Shown here piece by piece: positions 17,434 through 26,948 of a DNA stretch of 40,323 bases. Source of the DNA: Patescibacteria group bacterium (GTDB taxonomy: Bacteria > Patescibacteriota > Patescibacteriia > 2-02-FULL-49-11); assembly GCA_040757655.1 (NCBI GenBank), contig JBFLWV010000017.1:1-40323 (forward strand), given 5' to 3'. Position numbers and translations under genes: made by a program. The notes under the pieces were generated by a model. It saw only the letters and a program-made list of their open reading frames with translations. It did not search any database and was not told the origin of the DNA. The number at the start of each line of letters is the position of its first letter. Position 1 is the first letter of the stretch.

Positions 17434-18089
17434 TTAGGCTTACCTGGTCGCCACTTCTCCCCATCCCACCACTCCACCCCCTTAAACTGAAACTTGTAGA
17501 GCGAGCGCTCATCCTGAATGCTTCCCAGATACACGTAGCTCATTTGTTTTTCCTGCGCCCACAGGATAGCTTTGAGCATCATTGCCATACCCAATGACGG
17601 AAGCGCGAACGCACGTGAACGTGTGGTATCATAAAAAGGATACGCGTAATGGAGCATGGGTGGGAGAGAGAAAGAAAGACAATATCCTATCGGACACTCG
17701 TCGTCTTTCCATTGATATAAAAAGACGCCGTTCATACTTGACGAAGACGAGGTGAATAATGTTTTCACCCTCTGAGCGCTCATGGCGCGAACGCCCGATT
17801 TGTTTCTATAGAAATCAACTGCCATCTTTCCCATGCTCCAATGGTAGCGCGGAAAAGGTAAAGAGACATGCTGAAGAGCGAGGGATGTATATTTCCTCAT
17901 AATGCGTCGATTCTCACTCGATAGTTGAAAAATTTCGCAGGGAACTCTCACTGAACGCACCTGCCTCATGATATGAGGCCCCAATCTCGTGAGGACATAA
18001 CCCTTGTCATAGTTCTGTGCGATACGTTCGTTCGACGGTTGACCAAGGCTCAGTTCTTTAAAATAATGATACAAAGAGTAGTCGGTCAT
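17400..18089 (-). CDS. ATE/Bpt-like aminoacyl-tRNA-dependent transferase (GNAT fold)
   Basis: SVRV...FQLSSENRRIMRK, YPFYD, SLGMAMML and YVYLGS..SLYK.QF resemble the ATE_C domain. Confidence 0.72.
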   Translation of the reverse strand: MTDYSLYHYFKELSLGQPSNERIAQNYDKGYVLTRLGPHIMRQVRSVRVPCEIFQLSSENRRIMRKYTSLALQHVSLPFPRYHWSMGKMAVDFYRNKSGVRAMSAQRVKTLFTSSSSSMNGVFLYQWKDDECPIGYCLSFSLPPMLHYAYPFYDTTRSRAFALPSLGMAMMLKAILWAQEKQMSYVYLGSIQDERSLYKFQFKGVEWWDGEKWRPGKPKKSQIQSSKFK

Positions 18090-18122
18090 ATGGCGGATGC
18101 GATATGCGCGGAGCGCATATGA

Positions 18123-18488
18123 TCATAGTGCAAACGTAGAAAGATAAATTGTAATCGCCAAGAGGAACCCGTTCATCACGCTGGTGAGGGTAAGTAAGGC
18201 CGCCGCAAGTCTTGGCTCATCCCGGTAGAGCATTCTCCCGATCCCACCATTGAAGAGGGTAAGGAAGGTGCCTGCCGCGGCAAACAGATACAAGTACCAA
18301 AAAGGGCCAATGAAATCAATGCCGAAATACACGGTGACATGGAGAGGGATCGGTTCGACTGACGGCTCAAAGGTGAAGTAGGAATACATCCAGGTAACCG
18401 TATTCAAAACTAATGAGAAGATCACATTCCAGAGCACCCATGGGATGCGAAAATATAGATCGTGACGTAATGTCGGAAAAAGTGGCAT
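18123..18488 (-). CDS. Small membrane protein, about 3 TM helices
   Basis: Hydrophobic segments flank IPLHVTVYFGIDFIG. ATG 18488 preferred because the longer start overlaps the pil promoter. Confidence 0.7.
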   Translation of the reverse strand: MPLFPTLRHDLYFRIPWVLWNVIFSLVLNTVTWMYSYFTFEPSVEPIPLHVTVYFGIDFIGPFWYLYLFAAAGTFLTLFNGGIGRMLYRDEPRLAAALLTLTSVMNGFLLAITIYLSTFAL

Positions 18489-18513
18489 AGTAAGTGCGCA
18501 AGAACATATTCTA

Positions 18514-18522
18514 TGGTATAAT
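18514..18522 (+). promoter_or_regulatory. Extended -10 promoter element for the pil operon
   Basis: TGGTATAAT (TGnTATAAT) upstream of pilB. Confidence 0.55.
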
Positions 18523-18552
18523 ATCTTTATAAGAACGTCCATACCAATCCCA

Positions 18553-18705
18553 GTAAGTATTCACCTTTTCCCAAACATTTCCCGTATCAACGGCAGAACG
18601 CTCAGGGTGCGACGATTTTTTCTTCTCCGCGATTCTCACGCGGGACGATGAGAGCCCTCAAAAATCGCGATTCCCTTCGCGTTCCGGGAAATACTGAATA
18701 GTTAC
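18553..18705. mobile_element. MITE, 153 bp, with 11-bp terminal inverted repeats and an 8-bp target-site duplication
   Basis: Ends GTAAGTATTCA / TGAATAGTTAC, flanked by CAATCCCA at 18545-18552 and 18706-18713; long internal dyad symmetry. Confidence 0.85.
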
Positions 18706-18712
18706 CAATCCC

Positions 18713-20446
18713 ATGCCCCCTTCTCAATCGACAGATCTCCTTGAGGCAATCGTAAAGGGGAAAATTGCCTCAAAAAAAGAGCTGGATGTGGCAATAAAGG
18801 AAGCTCAAGCCACTCATAGAGCCGTAGAGCAAGTTTTGCTTGAGAAAAAATTAATAACCGAGGATCAGCTGGCTGAACTCAAGGCTGGACTTTTAGGATA
18901 TCCCTTTATTAAATTGAACACCCTCACCATCCGCAAAGATGTGCTGAATCTCATCCCAGAGCCGATTGCCTCTTCTCATCTCCTCGTCGCCTTTAGTCGC
19001 TCGGACACGAGCCTCAAAATCGCGACCCTGGATCCCGACGATCTTCAGACCTTTGAATTTATAAAGAAGCGCACGGGGCTTACTATAGAGATTTACCTCA
19101 CCACGCCAAGCGATATACGAGAAGTTTTGAAACAATACCACAAATCCTTGAAGGCGGAATTTGAGGAAATCACGAAGACCGAGATAAGTGGCGATGAAGA
19201 GCATGAAAAATTAAAAGAGCTCGCACAAGATCTCCCCATTATTCGTATTGTGGACACCTTACTGGAGTATGCCATTTTTGAAGGCGCGTCTGATATTCAC
19301 ATCGAACCTACTGAAAAAGAAGTGGTGGTGCGTTATCGTGTGGACGGAATCTTGCGCGACGTCATGACATTGCCCAAAAAAACCCAAGCGGGTATTGTCG
19401 CCCGCGTAAAAATTCTTGCCAACCTGAAGCTTGATGAGCACCGCTTACCGCAAGATGGGAGATTTAAAATTTGCACCAATGAGTACCGTATTTCATTCCG
19501 CGTTTCGGTCATTCCTGTGTTTGACGGGGAAAAAATAGTCTTGAGACTCCTCAACGAATCAGCACAGATTTTGACGCTTGAGCAACTTGGATTTTATGGA
19601 AACGCACTTCTCACAATCAAAACAAATATTGCAAAACCTCATGGCATGATTCTCGTTACCGGTCCCACTGGTTCCGGTAAAACCACGACGCTCTACACCA
19701 TACTCAATATCATTAACATGCCTACGGTTAATATCACCACGATTGAAGACCCCATAGAATATCGGATGCCACGGGTGAATCAGAGCCAAGTGAACCCTAA
19801 AATTGGTTATACCTTCGCGGCGGGTTTGAGAGCATTTTTACGCCAAGATCCTAATGTGATTATGGTGGGTGAAATACGTGATTCTGAAACGGCCGATATC
19901 GCAGTCAATGCAGCGATGACAGGTCACTTGGTGCTCTCTACCCTTCACACCAACGATGCAGCCACCGCATTTCCAAGACTCCAGGATATGCAAGTCGCAT
20001 CGTTTCTCATTGCTTCAACGGTGAACGTCGTTATTGCTCAAAGGCTTACTCGCAAAATTTGTCAAAACTGCAAACAGCCGGTGAAACTCGAACGTGATAC
20101 CGTGCAAGAACTCAGCCATCAATTTGACCTTCCTGCCATTATGGACATCTTCGTGAAAGAAAAGCTCGTTGAGACACCAAAGGAACGTTTTGAATCTCTT
20201 GAATTTTGGAAAGGAAAAGGGTGTAAGCAATGTAATCAAGAGGGATATAAGGGACGTGTCGGCATCTATGAAGTGCTTTCGATGTCGCCTGCAGTGGCTG
20301 ATTTGATTTTAAAACGAGCTTCAGCAGAAGAAATAAACACCTGCGCAAAAAAAGAAGGTATGTATACCATGGTCCACGATGGATTCATGAAAGCGAAGCA
20401 AGGAATTACCACTATTGAGGAACTTCTTCGCGTCACGAAAGACTAA
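18713..20446 (+). CDS. pilB: Type IV pilus assembly ATPase (GspE/PilB)
   Basis: ASDIHIEP, RLPQDGR, GPTGSGKTTT, TIEDPIEY, LRQDPNVIMVGEIRD, LSTLHTN and two CxxC pairs. Confidence 0.95.
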   Translation: MPPSQSTDLLEAIVKGKIASKKELDVAIKEAQATHRAVEQVLLEKKLITEDQLAELKAGLLGYPFIKLNTLTIRKDVLNLIPEPIASSHLLVAFSRSDTSLKIATLDPDDLQTFEFIKKRTGLTIEIYLTTPSDIREVLKQYHKSLKAEFEEITKTEISGDEEHEKLKELAQDLPIIRIVDTLLEYAIFEGASDIHIEPTEKEVVVRYRVDGILRDVMTLPKKTQAGIVARVKILANLKLDEHRLPQDGRFKICTNEYRISFRVSVIPVFDGEKIVLRLLNESAQILTLEQLGFYGNALLTIKTNIAKPHGMILVTGPTGSGKTTTLYTILNIINMPTVNITTIEDPIEYRMPRVNQSQVNPKIGYTFAAGLRAFLRQDPNVIMVGEIRDSETADIAVNAAMTGHLVLSTLHTNDAATAFPRLQDMQVASFLIASTVNVVIAQRLTRKICQNCKQPVKLERDTVQELSHQFDLPAIMDIFVKEKLVETPKERFESLEFWKGKGCKQCNQEGYKGRVGIYEVLSMSPAVADLILKRASAEEINTCAKKEGMYTMVHDGFMKAKQGITTIEELLRVTKD

Positions 20447-20491
20447 AACGGTTCCCGCAAAGTTTATTCATACTTCGCACCAAGAGGCCCC

Positions 20492-21589
20492 ATGCCCTCT
20501 CTCGATCAAAAGTTACTCTCGCCACATCCTCTTTCGTGGTTTACGCGCCACCGCCATATCTCGCTCACCGAGAAGATTTTTTTTATGCAAAATTTACAGG
20601 TCATGGTACGCACTGGCCTCTCTCTTGCGATGGCATTACGGACACTCGCTGATCAATCAACCCATAGCCGCTTTAAATATGTGATCCGCAACATTTACGA
20701 ACAGGTCGAAAAGGGTACGCCGTTTGCACGTGCCCTCGCTGCGCATCCGAGCGTATTTCCTGATCTTACCGTGAGCATGATCGAAAGTGGAGAACTTTCA
20801 GGGAAGCTTGACGAGGTGCTCCAACACGTGACTGAACAGATGAAAAAAGACCACGAGCTCATCGCCAAAGTACGCGGTGCCATGCTCTATCCTTCCATCA
20901 TCATCATCGCCATGGTCAGTATTGGCACTGCGATGATGATATTTGTGATTCCACGGCTCATTGATGTCTTTGCAGAATTTAAAGCCACACTCCCCCTCCC
21001 GACCAGAATTCTCATCGCCACGAGTAACTTTACCACTCGCAACGGCCCCTTCGTGGTCCTCGGGTTCGTCGCGCTCATCGTGGCGCTACGCGCATTCTCA
21101 AAAACGACAGCCGGTACCCATATCGTGCATGCGCTCCTGTTACGGATGCCCATTTTCGGCGCCATCATACGGAAAATTAACTTAGCCCGCATAAGCCGCA
21201 CGTTCTCATCGCTTCTCACGACTGATATCCCTATCGTTCAATCTTCCCTCATTACGTCACGTACTATAAAAAATGTGTATTACCGCGAAGCGCTCCTCGA
21301 TCTCGCAGAACGGCTGAAAAAAGGTTCCCAAGTCCATGCGGTCTTTTCCTCTTACCCTCACCTTTTTCCCCCGGTCGTGAGCCAACTCACACGGGTAGGA
21401 GAAGAATCAGGTGCCCTTGACCATGTCCTTTTACAGCTCGCGCTTTTCTACGAAGAAGAGGTAGATCAAATAATGAAGAACCTCCCCTCCATCATAGAAC
21501 CGCTTCTCATCTTGATCCTGGGAGCAGGAGTTGGTGCGATGGCGGTGGCCATTATCATGCCGATGTATTCACTCACGCAGACGATATGA
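20492..21589 (+). CDS. pilC: Type IV pilus platform protein (GspF/PilC)
   Basis: GELSGKLD, AMLYP, VGEESGALD, IEP and IIMPMY. Confidence 0.95.
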   Translation: MPSLDQKLLSPHPLSWFTRHRHISLTEKIFFMQNLQVMVRTGLSLAMALRTLADQSTHSRFKYVIRNIYEQVEKGTPFARALAAHPSVFPDLTVSMIESGELSGKLDEVLQHVTEQMKKDHELIAKVRGAMLYPSIIIIAMVSIGTAMMIFVIPRLIDVFAEFKATLPLPTRILIATSNFTTRNGPFVVLGFVALIVALRAFSKTTAGTHIVHALLLRMPIFGAIIRKINLARISRTFSSLLTTDIPIVQSSLITSRTIKNVYYREALLDLAERLKKGSQVHAVFSSYPHLFPPVVSQLTRVGEESGALDHVLLQLALFYEEEVDQIMKNLPSIIEPLLILILGAGVGAMAVAIIMPMYSLTQTI

Positions 21590-23445
21590 AAAAAAGAATG
21601 CAGAATGCAGAATGCAGAATGCAGAATTATGGAGTCCTCCAATCGCCGGACAAAGCACCTTCATTTTGGATTTCTCAACAAGGGTTCACCCTCATTGAAG
21701 CTATCGTGGGCATTGCGGTATTTACGCTCATCGCCCTTGGCATCTATTCGGTCGTCACCCAGACCATAAAGTTAATCCACGCCGCACGCGCCCGTGTTGC
21801 GGCAACCGCCCTCGCGAATGAACAAATTGAGATTATCCGTAATCTACCCTATGCTCAAGTGGGCACGGCAAGCGGGATTCCCCCTGGCTCTCTCCCTCAA
21901 ACACAAACGCTCGTGCGCGATGGGATATCCTTTACGGTGAATACGACCATTCGCAATATCGATGATCCGTTTGACGGAACGGCAGGAGGAACACCAAACG
22001 ATACTGCTCCTGCAGATTATAAATTAGTTGAAGTTACGGTCAGCTGTTCTTCGTGCGCAGGAAATCCGCCTCTTGTCTTTACGACCACGGTTGCCCCTAA
22101 GAATCTGGAAGTCTCTACCACGAATGGATCATTGTTTATCCGTGCATTTGATGCAAGTGGCCATGCCGTACCCCAGGCGTCGGTATATGTAGAAAATACC
22201 ACAGTATCGCCTCCCATTGCGATCAACGACGTAACAAATAATGAAGGTTTGTTGCAGCTTATCGACGTTCCGCCTGCAAATGAATCCTATGCCATTAACG
22301 TGACAAAAAATGGTTATTCCACAGAAAGAACCTACCTACCCGGTGCACCAGAAAATCCAAATCCAGTAAAACCGCACGCATCCGTACTCACCCAACAAGT
22401 GACGCAAGTAAGCTTCTCGATTGATAAGCTCAGTACGGTGCTCCTCACCACGACGAATCAACTCTGCACCCCTCTTACCTTTATTAATATGCACGGTGCG
22501 GGCACCAAACTGATCGGAACAGATCCTTCTCTCTTAAAATACTCAGAAGATTTCTTCACTGATGGTAATGGTGCGCGCACGCTCACCAATCTTGAATGGG
22601 ATACTTATACGTTTACCCTCACCGATACCGCGTATGATCTTGCCGGTTCCATTCCCCTTTTACCCCTTCTCTTGCCACCTGATACGATCCTCCCCCTCAC
22701 GTTCATCCTTAAGGATCATACTCCCTATTCTTTACTCGTGAGCGTTCTCGATAGCGCTACCCAACAACCTCTCTCAGAAAGCCAGATCCATCTTTCCCGC
22801 AGCGGATACGACAACACCCTCATCACCAATCGTGGTTACGTATGGCAAACCGATTGGTCAGGAGGAGGAGGCCAAGAGCAATTTATCGATGAAACTCGTT
22901 ATGCGCATACTAATGGGGGGATTGACGCCACGACTACGCCGGGAGATTTGCTCCTGTTCCGTGAAGGGAGCAGCTATCAAAGCACTGGCGAGCTTATTTC
23001 ATCTACCATTGATACAGGACCTGGCACAAATTATGTGGCAGTTTTTTGGAAACCCACTGACCAAGATCCTCGCACGGGAAGCGACAGTGTGCACATGCAG
23101 CTTGCTTCAAATAATGATACTACCACATGGAATTTCATCGGCCCAGACGGCACTGCTTCAAGTTTTTACACGCCGGGCAGCTCATCCGTCCATGCAAGTC
23201 ATAACAATAATCGCTACATACGGTATAAGATATTTTTAAGCACGCTCGATCAAGCCCTTTCGCCCAATGTTTCAGATATCGGCATTACATTTGTTAACGG
23301 CTGTGTACCTCCGGGGCAAGCATTTTTCTCAAATCTCACGGCGAATGAGTACACCCTCGAAGTCAGTCATGAGGGATACGCCACCTCTACCGATAACGTC
23401 AGTATTACGGGGAATAACTCTTATTCAGTCATTTTGACTCCTTAA
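21586..23445 (+). CDS. Large prepilin (PilV-like) with carboxypeptidase-regulatory-like/Ig-type domains
   Basis: Class III signal QQG|FTLIE plus a hydrophobic helix, followed by Thr/Ser/Asn-rich beta domains. Confidence 0.8.
   Translation: MKKRMQNAECRMQNYGVLQSPDKAPSFWISQQGFTLIEAIVGIAVFTLIALGIYSVVTQTIKLIHAARARVAATALANEQIEIIRNLPYAQVGTASGIPPGSLPQTQTLVRDGISFTVNTTIRNIDDPFDGTAGGTPNDTAPADYKLVEVTVSCSSCAGNPPLVFTTTVAPKNLEVSTTNGSLFIRAFDASGHAVPQASVYVENTTVSPPIAINDVTNNEGLLQLIDVPPANESYAINVTKNGYSTERTYLPGAPENPNPVKPHASVLTQQVTQVSFSIDKLSTVLLTTTNQLCTPLTFINMHGAGTKLIGTDPSLLKYSEDFFTDGNGARTLTNLEWDTYTFTLTDTAYDLAGSIPLLPLLLPPDTILPLTFILKDHTPYSLLVSVLDSATQQPLSESQIHLSRSGYDNTLITNRGYVWQTDWSGGGGQEQFIDETRYAHTNGGIDATTTPGDLLLFREGSSYQSTGELISSTIDTGPGTNYVAVFWKPTDQDPRTGSDSVHMQLASNNDTTTWNFIGPDGTASSFYTPGSSSVHASHNNNRYIRYKIFLSTLDQALSPNVSDIGITFVNGCVPPGQAFFSNLTANEYTLEVSHEGYATSTDNVSITGNNSYSVILTP
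21595..21627. repeat. Heptamer tandem (AGAATGC)x4 in the prepilin leader
   Basis: agaatgc agaatgc agaatgc agaatgc agaat encodes RMQNAECRMQN. Confidence 0.85.
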
Positions 23446-23456
23446 ATCATACCTTC

Positions 23457-23650
23457 TATAGAGATGCACATTTAATATGATATTTCGCTGGCTCGTCGAT
23501 TTGCTACTGCGGAACTCGGCTGGCCTTCGGCCGCCGCCGCCAGGCCTATCAGACAGTGGCAAAGCCGGCCTGGCGGCTGCCTCAGACAGTCCTCGGGCGC
23601 AAATCGACTGCGCCAGCTCATTATCATACGTTTAAAGGATTTTATCTATA
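23457..23650. mobile_element. MITE-like or structured palindromic element between two pilin genes
   Basis: Ends TATAGA / TCTATA; nested inverted repeats gctggc.cgtcgatttgc / gcaaatcgac..gccagc and GCCGCCAGGCC / GGCCTGGCGGC; GGCC-TTC-GGCC hairpin. Confidence 0.6.
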
Positions 23651-24285
23651 TGTATTACGATGAGAGACCATATCTGAGGAGCCTGCAGTCCCAAGGAGGA
23701 TTCTCCATGGTAGAGACGGTCACCGCCGTGGCAATAGTAGGGCTCATTATCCTCGCCATAGGAGTCTTTCAGGGAAATATATTTACATTCAACACTTCTT
23801 TACATAATCAACTCTCTGGACAATATGAAAGCAGGCAAGCGCTCGAGAAAATTATCGCAGAAGCCAGGGTAGCCACTGCTGCAGACAATGGCGCATACCC
23901 TTTGGAAGCCGCGCAAGAGACCTCGTTCATTTTTTACAGCAATGTAGACGCTGATGCCGCCATTGAGCGAGTTCGCTATTTTGTATCAGGAAACACGCTA
24001 CGGCGCGGAGTTATTGAACCGTCGGGAAGTCCCGCACAATATCCTGCAGGAAATGAGACGGTGACCACTATACTGAATAATCTTACCCTAGGTGCGACGC
24101 CCGTCTTTAGTTACTACGACACGAACTATTCAGGCACTGAAGCGCCACTCTCACATCCGGTAGATCCTCACGTGGTGCGTTATGTGGAAATAACCTTTTT
24201 CATAGACAAAGATCCCACGCGTCCTCCTACAGCACTGCAAAATCATAGTGGCGTGAATATACGAAATCTCAAGGATAATTTATAG
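23650..24285 (+). CDS. Minor pilin (PilW-like)
   Basis: QGG|FSMVE class III signal; C-terminal VNIRNL. Confidence 0.8.
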   Translation: MYYDERPYLRSLQSQGGFSMVETVTAVAIVGLIILAIGVFQGNIFTFNTSLHNQLSGQYESRQALEKIIAEARVATAADNGAYPLEAAQETSFIFYSNVDADAAIERVRYFVSGNTLRRGVIEPSGSPAQYPAGNETVTTILNNLTLGATPVFSYYDTNYSGTEAPLSHPVDPHVVRYVEITFFIDKDPTRPPTALQNHSGVNIRNLKDNL

Positions 24286-24304
24286 ACATCGCTTTATCAT
24301 CTCC

Positions 24305-25729
24305 ATGCTTCTCCATCCCGCCAAAGGTACGCTCCTCATTTCTCTGATCGTGTTTAGCGCGATTGGCATGCTCATTATTGGCGGTCTCGTGCAGTGGACT
24401 ATAGGTCAAAACCGTCTTGCCAGACAGAAGAGCATGCGGGAATTGGCATTTGAAATCGCAGAAGCGGGAGTAGAGTACTATCGCTGGCACCTCGCACATG
24501 CACCAAGCGATTACCAAGACGGGACCGGAGGGCCGGGGCCTTATACCCATCTCTACTATAACCGTGCGGGTGAGCAGGTGGGAAGCTTTACCCTTACCAT
24601 CACTCCTCCTCCCACTGGTTCCACGCTCGTAATCATCGAATCACGAGGGGTGACGCTTGCGGCACCTCACACAGAACGCGTGATTCGCGCAAAATATGCG
24701 ATTCCCTCATTGGCAAAATTTGCCATTGCCGCAAATGCGGACATGCGCTTTGGCCAAGGTACAGAAGTCTTTGGCCCTATTCATTCAAACGGCGGTATTC
24801 GATTTGACGGCCTTGCCCACAACCTTGTGACGAGCGCACGCTCCTCGTACGATGATCCTGACCACAGTGGTGCAAATGAATTTGGCGTACACACCCATGT
24901 GACGCCCATTGATCCCCTCCCCCCTTCCCCGGTACCAAACCGCACTGATGTCTTCATGGTAGGACGGCAATTTCCTGTTCCCGCAGTCGATTTCACCGGC
25001 ATGATAAATGACTTAGCTGACATAAAGGCACAAGCGCAGGCGAGCAATGGATATTACTCAAGCTCTGGCAGGTTAGGTTACCATATCACCCTGCAATCGA
25101 ATGACACCTATATCCTCAAACGAGTGAACGCCTTACGATCTCCTCCTCGATGGTGCACAAACCAACTAGGTCAGTCTGGTTGGGGGACGTGGAGTATTGC
25201 ATCCGGCGGTGAAACAACCCTCGGGACCTACACTTTTCCGTCAGCGAATGTGCTCTTTTTTGAAGACCATGTGTGGGTTGATGGGCAAATTTCCACAGCG
25301 CGCCTTACTCTTGCTTCAGGAAAATTCCCTGAAACCCCTTCCACCAATACCAGCATTACCATAAATAATGACATCGTGTATGGCGCGTATGACGGATCTG
25401 CCGTGTTGGGTCTTATTGCCCAAAATAACATGAATGTCGGCCTCTATAGTGAAGATGACTTGAGAATTGACGCAGCACTGGTTGCCAAGAATGGCAGAAT
25501 TGGGCGATACTATTATTGGATAACCTGCGGTTCATCCTATATTCGTTCACAAATTACCCTGTGGGGAATGCTTGCCACCAATCAACGCTATGGATTTGCC
25601 TATACCGATGGCACAGGATACCAGACAAGGAATATCACCTACGATGCAAGCTTGCTGTATGCGCCGCCGCCTTCATTCCCTCTTACTTCAGACCAATATA
25701 CGCTGCTTTCATGGGAAGAGGTAAGATGA
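24305..25729 (+). CDS. PilX-like minor pilin with a large C-terminal domain
   Basis: KG|TLLISL hydrophobic N-terminus lacking Glu5, AFEIAEAGVEY, GPIHSNG and terminal SWEEV. Confidence 0.75.
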   Translation: MLLHPAKGTLLISLIVFSAIGMLIIGGLVQWTIGQNRLARQKSMRELAFEIAEAGVEYYRWHLAHAPSDYQDGTGGPGPYTHLYYNRAGEQVGSFTLTITPPPTGSTLVIIESRGVTLAAPHTERVIRAKYAIPSLAKFAIAANADMRFGQGTEVFGPIHSNGGIRFDGLAHNLVTSARSSYDDPDHSGANEFGVHTHVTPIDPLPPSPVPNRTDVFMVGRQFPVPAVDFTGMINDLADIKAQAQASNGYYSSSGRLGYHITLQSNDTYILKRVNALRSPPRWCTNQLGQSGWGTWSIASGGETTLGTYTFPSANVLFFEDHVWVDGQISTARLTLASGKFPETPSTNTSITINNDIVYGAYDGSAVLGLIAQNNMNVGLYSEDDLRIDAALVAKNGRIGRYYYWITCGSSYIRSQITLWGMLATNQRYGFAYTDGTGYQTRNITYDASLLYAPPPSFPLTSDQYTLLSWEEVR

Positions 25730-25801
25730 GAGACTCAAGGTTCAAATGTCACATATTGGAGCTTCATTGAGCATTGGTTATTGGGATTTGGGATTTTAGC
25801 T

Positions 25802-26935
25802 ATGTTCACCTCGTTATTACAATCATTTGGCCTCGATATTTCTGATCTCTCCGCGAAACTGGTTTGGATAAAAAAAAATATCCGTGGCGAGAAAGAGATA
25901 CATTCTTTCAATTCTTGCAATTTTCCTCAAGGTGCCATTGTGGATGGTGAGATTGTGCAGCATGAACAAGTGTGTGATATTTTGAATACAATGCTCAAAG
26001 ACACATCTCCTGCGCTCACTACACCCTATGTGGTCGCTTCACTTCCTGAATCTAAAACATTTATCAAGGTGATAAACCTAAATAATGAACAACTAAATAT
26101 CGCGAATGGCGTGTATGATGAATTGCCAAACCATATTCCACTTCCTTTAGATGAACTTATCATTGACTGGCAAATAGTAAGAGAATTTGACGACCATAAA
26201 TTAGTCATTGTGGGAGCCGTCCCAAAGGTGATCGTGCACTCCTATACGAGCCTTCTCAATGAATGTGCACTGAAACCTATTGCTTTTGAAATTGAAGCTG
26301 AGGCAATTTTACGCGCGGTTACGCCCTTCATGTATCAGCAAAGAAACGCTCGCCTCCACCCCGTAGAGAAACTTCTCCACTCTTTTCGCCATGCGAAACA
26401 ATCAGCGCCACCCCCCGTATCTCGCAGCGCACAACTTATGGTGGATCTTGGCGCAACACATACGAGCCTCATGATGGTGGATGGAGGGGTTATTCAATTT
26501 ACTTCCAGCGTTGCGCTCTCAGGGGTTGAAGCAACGAATCGAATCGCAGAACGGTTGAAGCTCACCTATGATGAGGCAGAACGCGCGAAACGCATCTGCG
26601 GCCTTGACGCCAAGAAAGGCAAAGGAGTGGTGGCTGGTGTGCTCGAAAGCATGCTCACTTCCTGTGCAGTAGAAATTGAGCGCGCGCTCCATTTTTATGA
26701 AACGCATTTCCCCCATGGCAGTACAATACAAAAAATAGTGCTCACCGGCGGCGGCGCGAAATTGAGTGGTGCGGAAACGTTCTTGGGCGCACAACTCTCC
26801 ATCCCCGTGATCTTAGGTGATCCCCTCATTAATATCAGTGTTGCTCCCAAGCGAAGAGGGATTCCGAGACATGAATCGCTTTCCTATACGACCGCCATCG
26901 GCTTAGCATTACGCAATAGTACAGAAAGGTTTTAA
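25802..26935 (+). CDS. pilM: Type IV pilus alignment protein PilM
   Basis: FGLDISD, VDLGA, LTGGGA and AIGLALR (actin-like fold). ATG 25802 chosen because the upstream extension is heptamer repeat. Confidence 0.9.
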   Translation: MFTSLLQSFGLDISDLSAKLVWIKKNIRGEKEIHSFNSCNFPQGAIVDGEIVQHEQVCDILNTMLKDTSPALTTPYVVASLPESKTFIKVINLNNEQLNIANGVYDELPNHIPLPLDELIIDWQIVREFDDHKLVIVGAVPKVIVHSYTSLLNECALKPIAFEIEAEAILRAVTPFMYQQRNARLHPVEKLLHSFRHAKQSAPPPVSRSAQLMVDLGATHTSLMMVDGGVIQFTSSVALSGVEATNRIAERLKLTYDEAERAKRICGLDAKKGKGVVAGVLESMLTSCAVEIERALHFYETHFPHGSTIQKIVLTGGGAKLSGAETFLGAQLSIPVILGDPLINISVAPKRRGIPRHESLSYTTAIGLALRNSTERF

Positions 26936-26948
26936 CACTTTTGAAGAC

